This document shows, piece after piece, positions 62,370 through 64,000 of a DNA stretch of 64,000 nt; the first letter of the stretch is position 1, and each line of letters begins with the position of its first letter. The notes under the pieces are model-generated. The model did not search any database and was not told the DNA's origin. It worked only from the letters and a program-made list of their open reading frames with translations. The DNA comes from an uncultured Nitrospiraceae bacterium (GTDB taxonomy: Bacteria; Nitrospirota; Thermodesulfovibrionia; Thermodesulfovibrionales; Dissulfurispiraceae): NCBI GenBank assembly GCA_963705105.1, contig CAVPIW010000006.1, positions 608,001 to 672,000 on the forward strand, written 5' to 3'. The translations under genes and the position numbers were made by a program.

Positions 62370-64000
62370 TCAGGTTGACCGGCTGAAAAGCTCGTAGAGC
62401 CGGCGATTGAGATCCTGATCGAAGGTTCCGTCTTTTATCTTCTGGAAAAAAAGATCCGTGATCGGGTCCGCGAGCAATCGGAGAAACTTTTTGGCGAGGC
62501 TTGGGTCCCTGTACTGGAACTTTGGGTCCATGTAGGCGAAGACGGAGTAAATCAGGTTCCCGAAATAGTAGTGTCTATCCATCCCCGTGAAGAGAAACGG
62601 CGGAAAGACATCGGGCACGTTCTCCCAGACGGGATAGACGGATCGGTCTCCCACCAGATTGATCTCAGGTTTTCCGAAGGCCTCCACCGCCAGCTTCATG
62701 TAGTCGCTCACCATAGGGTCCAGCCCCATCTTCTCGGCACCTATCCAGTCGGCTGCGACGATGTCCTCACTGCCGATGATAGTCTCTGTCTCATTCGGGT
62801 CCTTGTCGGCGAAGACCCCGAAGGGACCGTCGGCGCTTCGAAAGGCGTCAATGAAACCAAAGTGGATAGGGAACTGCCTTATGAATTCTATGGCGGTCGA
62901 AAAGATGTCTCTCTCATGATGATACTCGAGAAACTTGTCCTCCATGGGCAGCGCGCCGTAGATATTCTTGATCGTCAGGGTGTAATAGGCGTAGGCATGC
63001 GTTTTGTTCTTGGCGAAGGAGATGCGAAAGTCCGCCTTTCGCCACTCCCGGTTGACATAGTGTGTGCCCAGTTTCCCGGAATAGCGGTACTCCTCGAGGT
63101 CCTCCGAGAGATCGATGATGCGGTAATTCTTCCCCGTCAATCCGATGTATTCGGCCACTGTCCTGACTTCCCGGTTCGTGAAGAACGTGCCGTACGTGCT
63201 CCTTGCCTCGCCGACGGCGAGGTTCCGGTACCCGCGCTCGTACATCCTGTCAAGAAGATATTCGACCAATTCGGGGTCTGCGTAGGTCGTAGGGTCTTTT
63301 GTGGAATACATGAACATGAAGTTCGGCTTCACGATAACGGCAAAATCCTCTTTTTTCTTCCCTGAATGTCCCCAGGCTGCATCGAGTTTCCGGAAGAAAC
63401 CGGTTCCCTCGATCACAGCCTTCAGAGCGCTGAACTTGTCTTTGTCCCTGATCGCCACCACGTCGACGACCCTGTCGGAGTTGATACCCCTCAGGATGTG
63501 AGGGTCCATGTCTTCCTCAAGAGCATAGAAGCGCCTTCCCTCACCGTCTTTCATCACGACCATGCGCCGCTGGAAAGTGCCGGTTGGGAAGTGGTCGTTA
63601 TTGATCTCGAGAAGATTCTCATTCTCCATGGTGAATGATGTCGCCTCATTCCCTGACACCACGTTCCACTCATTTCCCCGGATATCCAGATCCAGGGAGG
63701 CGACGCGTGTGATGACCTTCCCGAGCAGCTGCTCCACCCTGTCTTTCAGGTAATCGGTCCGGTCTTTCCGAAATACATCGGAGCGGATCTTGATGTAGAT
63801 TCGGTCGGAGTCGGGGTCCAGACAGCAAAAATAGTTGTAGTAGAGGGTCGGCCATCGGAGGTTTCTGAGAGTCGAAATCTCCGCCTCCCCCATCGCCTGA
63901 GCGGCTTCAAGGGTGTAGACCTCTGCTTCAGACCCGTCCTGCAGGGTGATCTGTCCCGTGGAAACACGAACCCGATGGGGCGTGAGATGGAGCCCCAGCA
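62370..64000 (-). CDS. DUF362 domain protein, 5' end outside window
   Basis: VKPNF, ADPELVE, KNKTH, TLTIKNIYG and DIVAAD motifs; frame open to the window end. Confidence 0.8.
   Translation of the reverse strand, partial: LGLHLTPHRVRVSTGQITLQDGSEAEVYTLEAAQAMGEAEISTLRNLRWPTLYYNYFCCLDPDSDRIYIKIRSDVFRKDRTDYLKDRVEQLLGKVITRVASLDLDIRGNEWNVVSGNEATSFTMENENLLEINNDHFPTGTFQRRMVVMKDGEGRRFYALEEDMDPHILRGINSDRVVDVVAIRDKDKFSALKAVIEGTGFFRKLDAAWGHSGKKKEDFAVIVKPNFMFMYSTKDPTTYADPELVEYLLDRMYERGYRNLAVGEARSTYGTFFTNREVRTVAEYIGLTGKNYRIIDLSEDLEEYRYSGKLGTHYVNREWRKADFRISFAKNKTHAYAYYTLTIKNIYGALPMEDKFLEYHHERDIFSTAIEFIRQFPIHFGFIDAFRSADGPFGVFADKDPNETETIIGSEDIVAADWIGAEKMGLDPMVSDYMKLAVEAFGKPEINLVGDRSVYPVWENVPDVFPPFLFTGMDRHYYFGNLIYSVFAYMDPKFQYRDPSLAKKFLRLLADPITDLFFQKIKDGTFDQDLNRRLYELFSRST

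Overview
Bacterial chromosomal window, GC-rich in its core genes. The gene set suggests an anaerobic Gram-negative organism such as Nitrospirota or Desulfobacterota, but this is inference only. (1) 1-7.7 kb: tail of a type II FAS/PKS-like operon. It has two Cys-His-His ketosynthases, two ketosynthases lacking the catalytic Cys, two FabZ-like dehydratases, FabG, AcpS and an LpxL-type acyltransferase. (2) 7.7-18.1 kb: accessory island with three toxin-antitoxin modules and a decayed integron (5' integrase remnant, cassette promoter, attI-like core, attC sites). Its first two cassettes, a HEPN-motif protein and a secreted protein, are each interrupted by a different IS1634-family element with visible TIRs and TSDs. 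The 14.6-17.5 kb part is low quality (71-nt poly-A, frameshifts) and carries a diverged second copy of the acyltransferase 3' end. (3) 18-48 kb: an ArsR-headed RND efflux string followed by DUF2892, a zinc-ribbon protein, DUF3047, a TIGR04282-like glycosyltransferase, a nitrilase and Tim44. Also here are a YeeE/YedE pair, an ABC-2 exporter, rsmI, nadE, a histidine kinase, NRDE and a VIT-vWA protein. Two genes have in-frame UGA codons followed by SECIS-like hairpins (candidate selenoproteins). About ten copies or ends of a roughly 200-bp inverted-repeat element family sit in the intergenic spaces. (4) 48-64 kb: a sigma54-type promoter with a 26-aa membrane peptide, a class A PBP, and a cyclic beta-1,2-glucan synthase whose C-terminus is interrupted by a duplicated 86-bp segment. 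A Cys-nucleophile alpha/beta hydrolase and a DUF362 protein follow. No rRNA, tRNA or CRISPR array was seen. All family assignments are by eye from motifs, without database searches.
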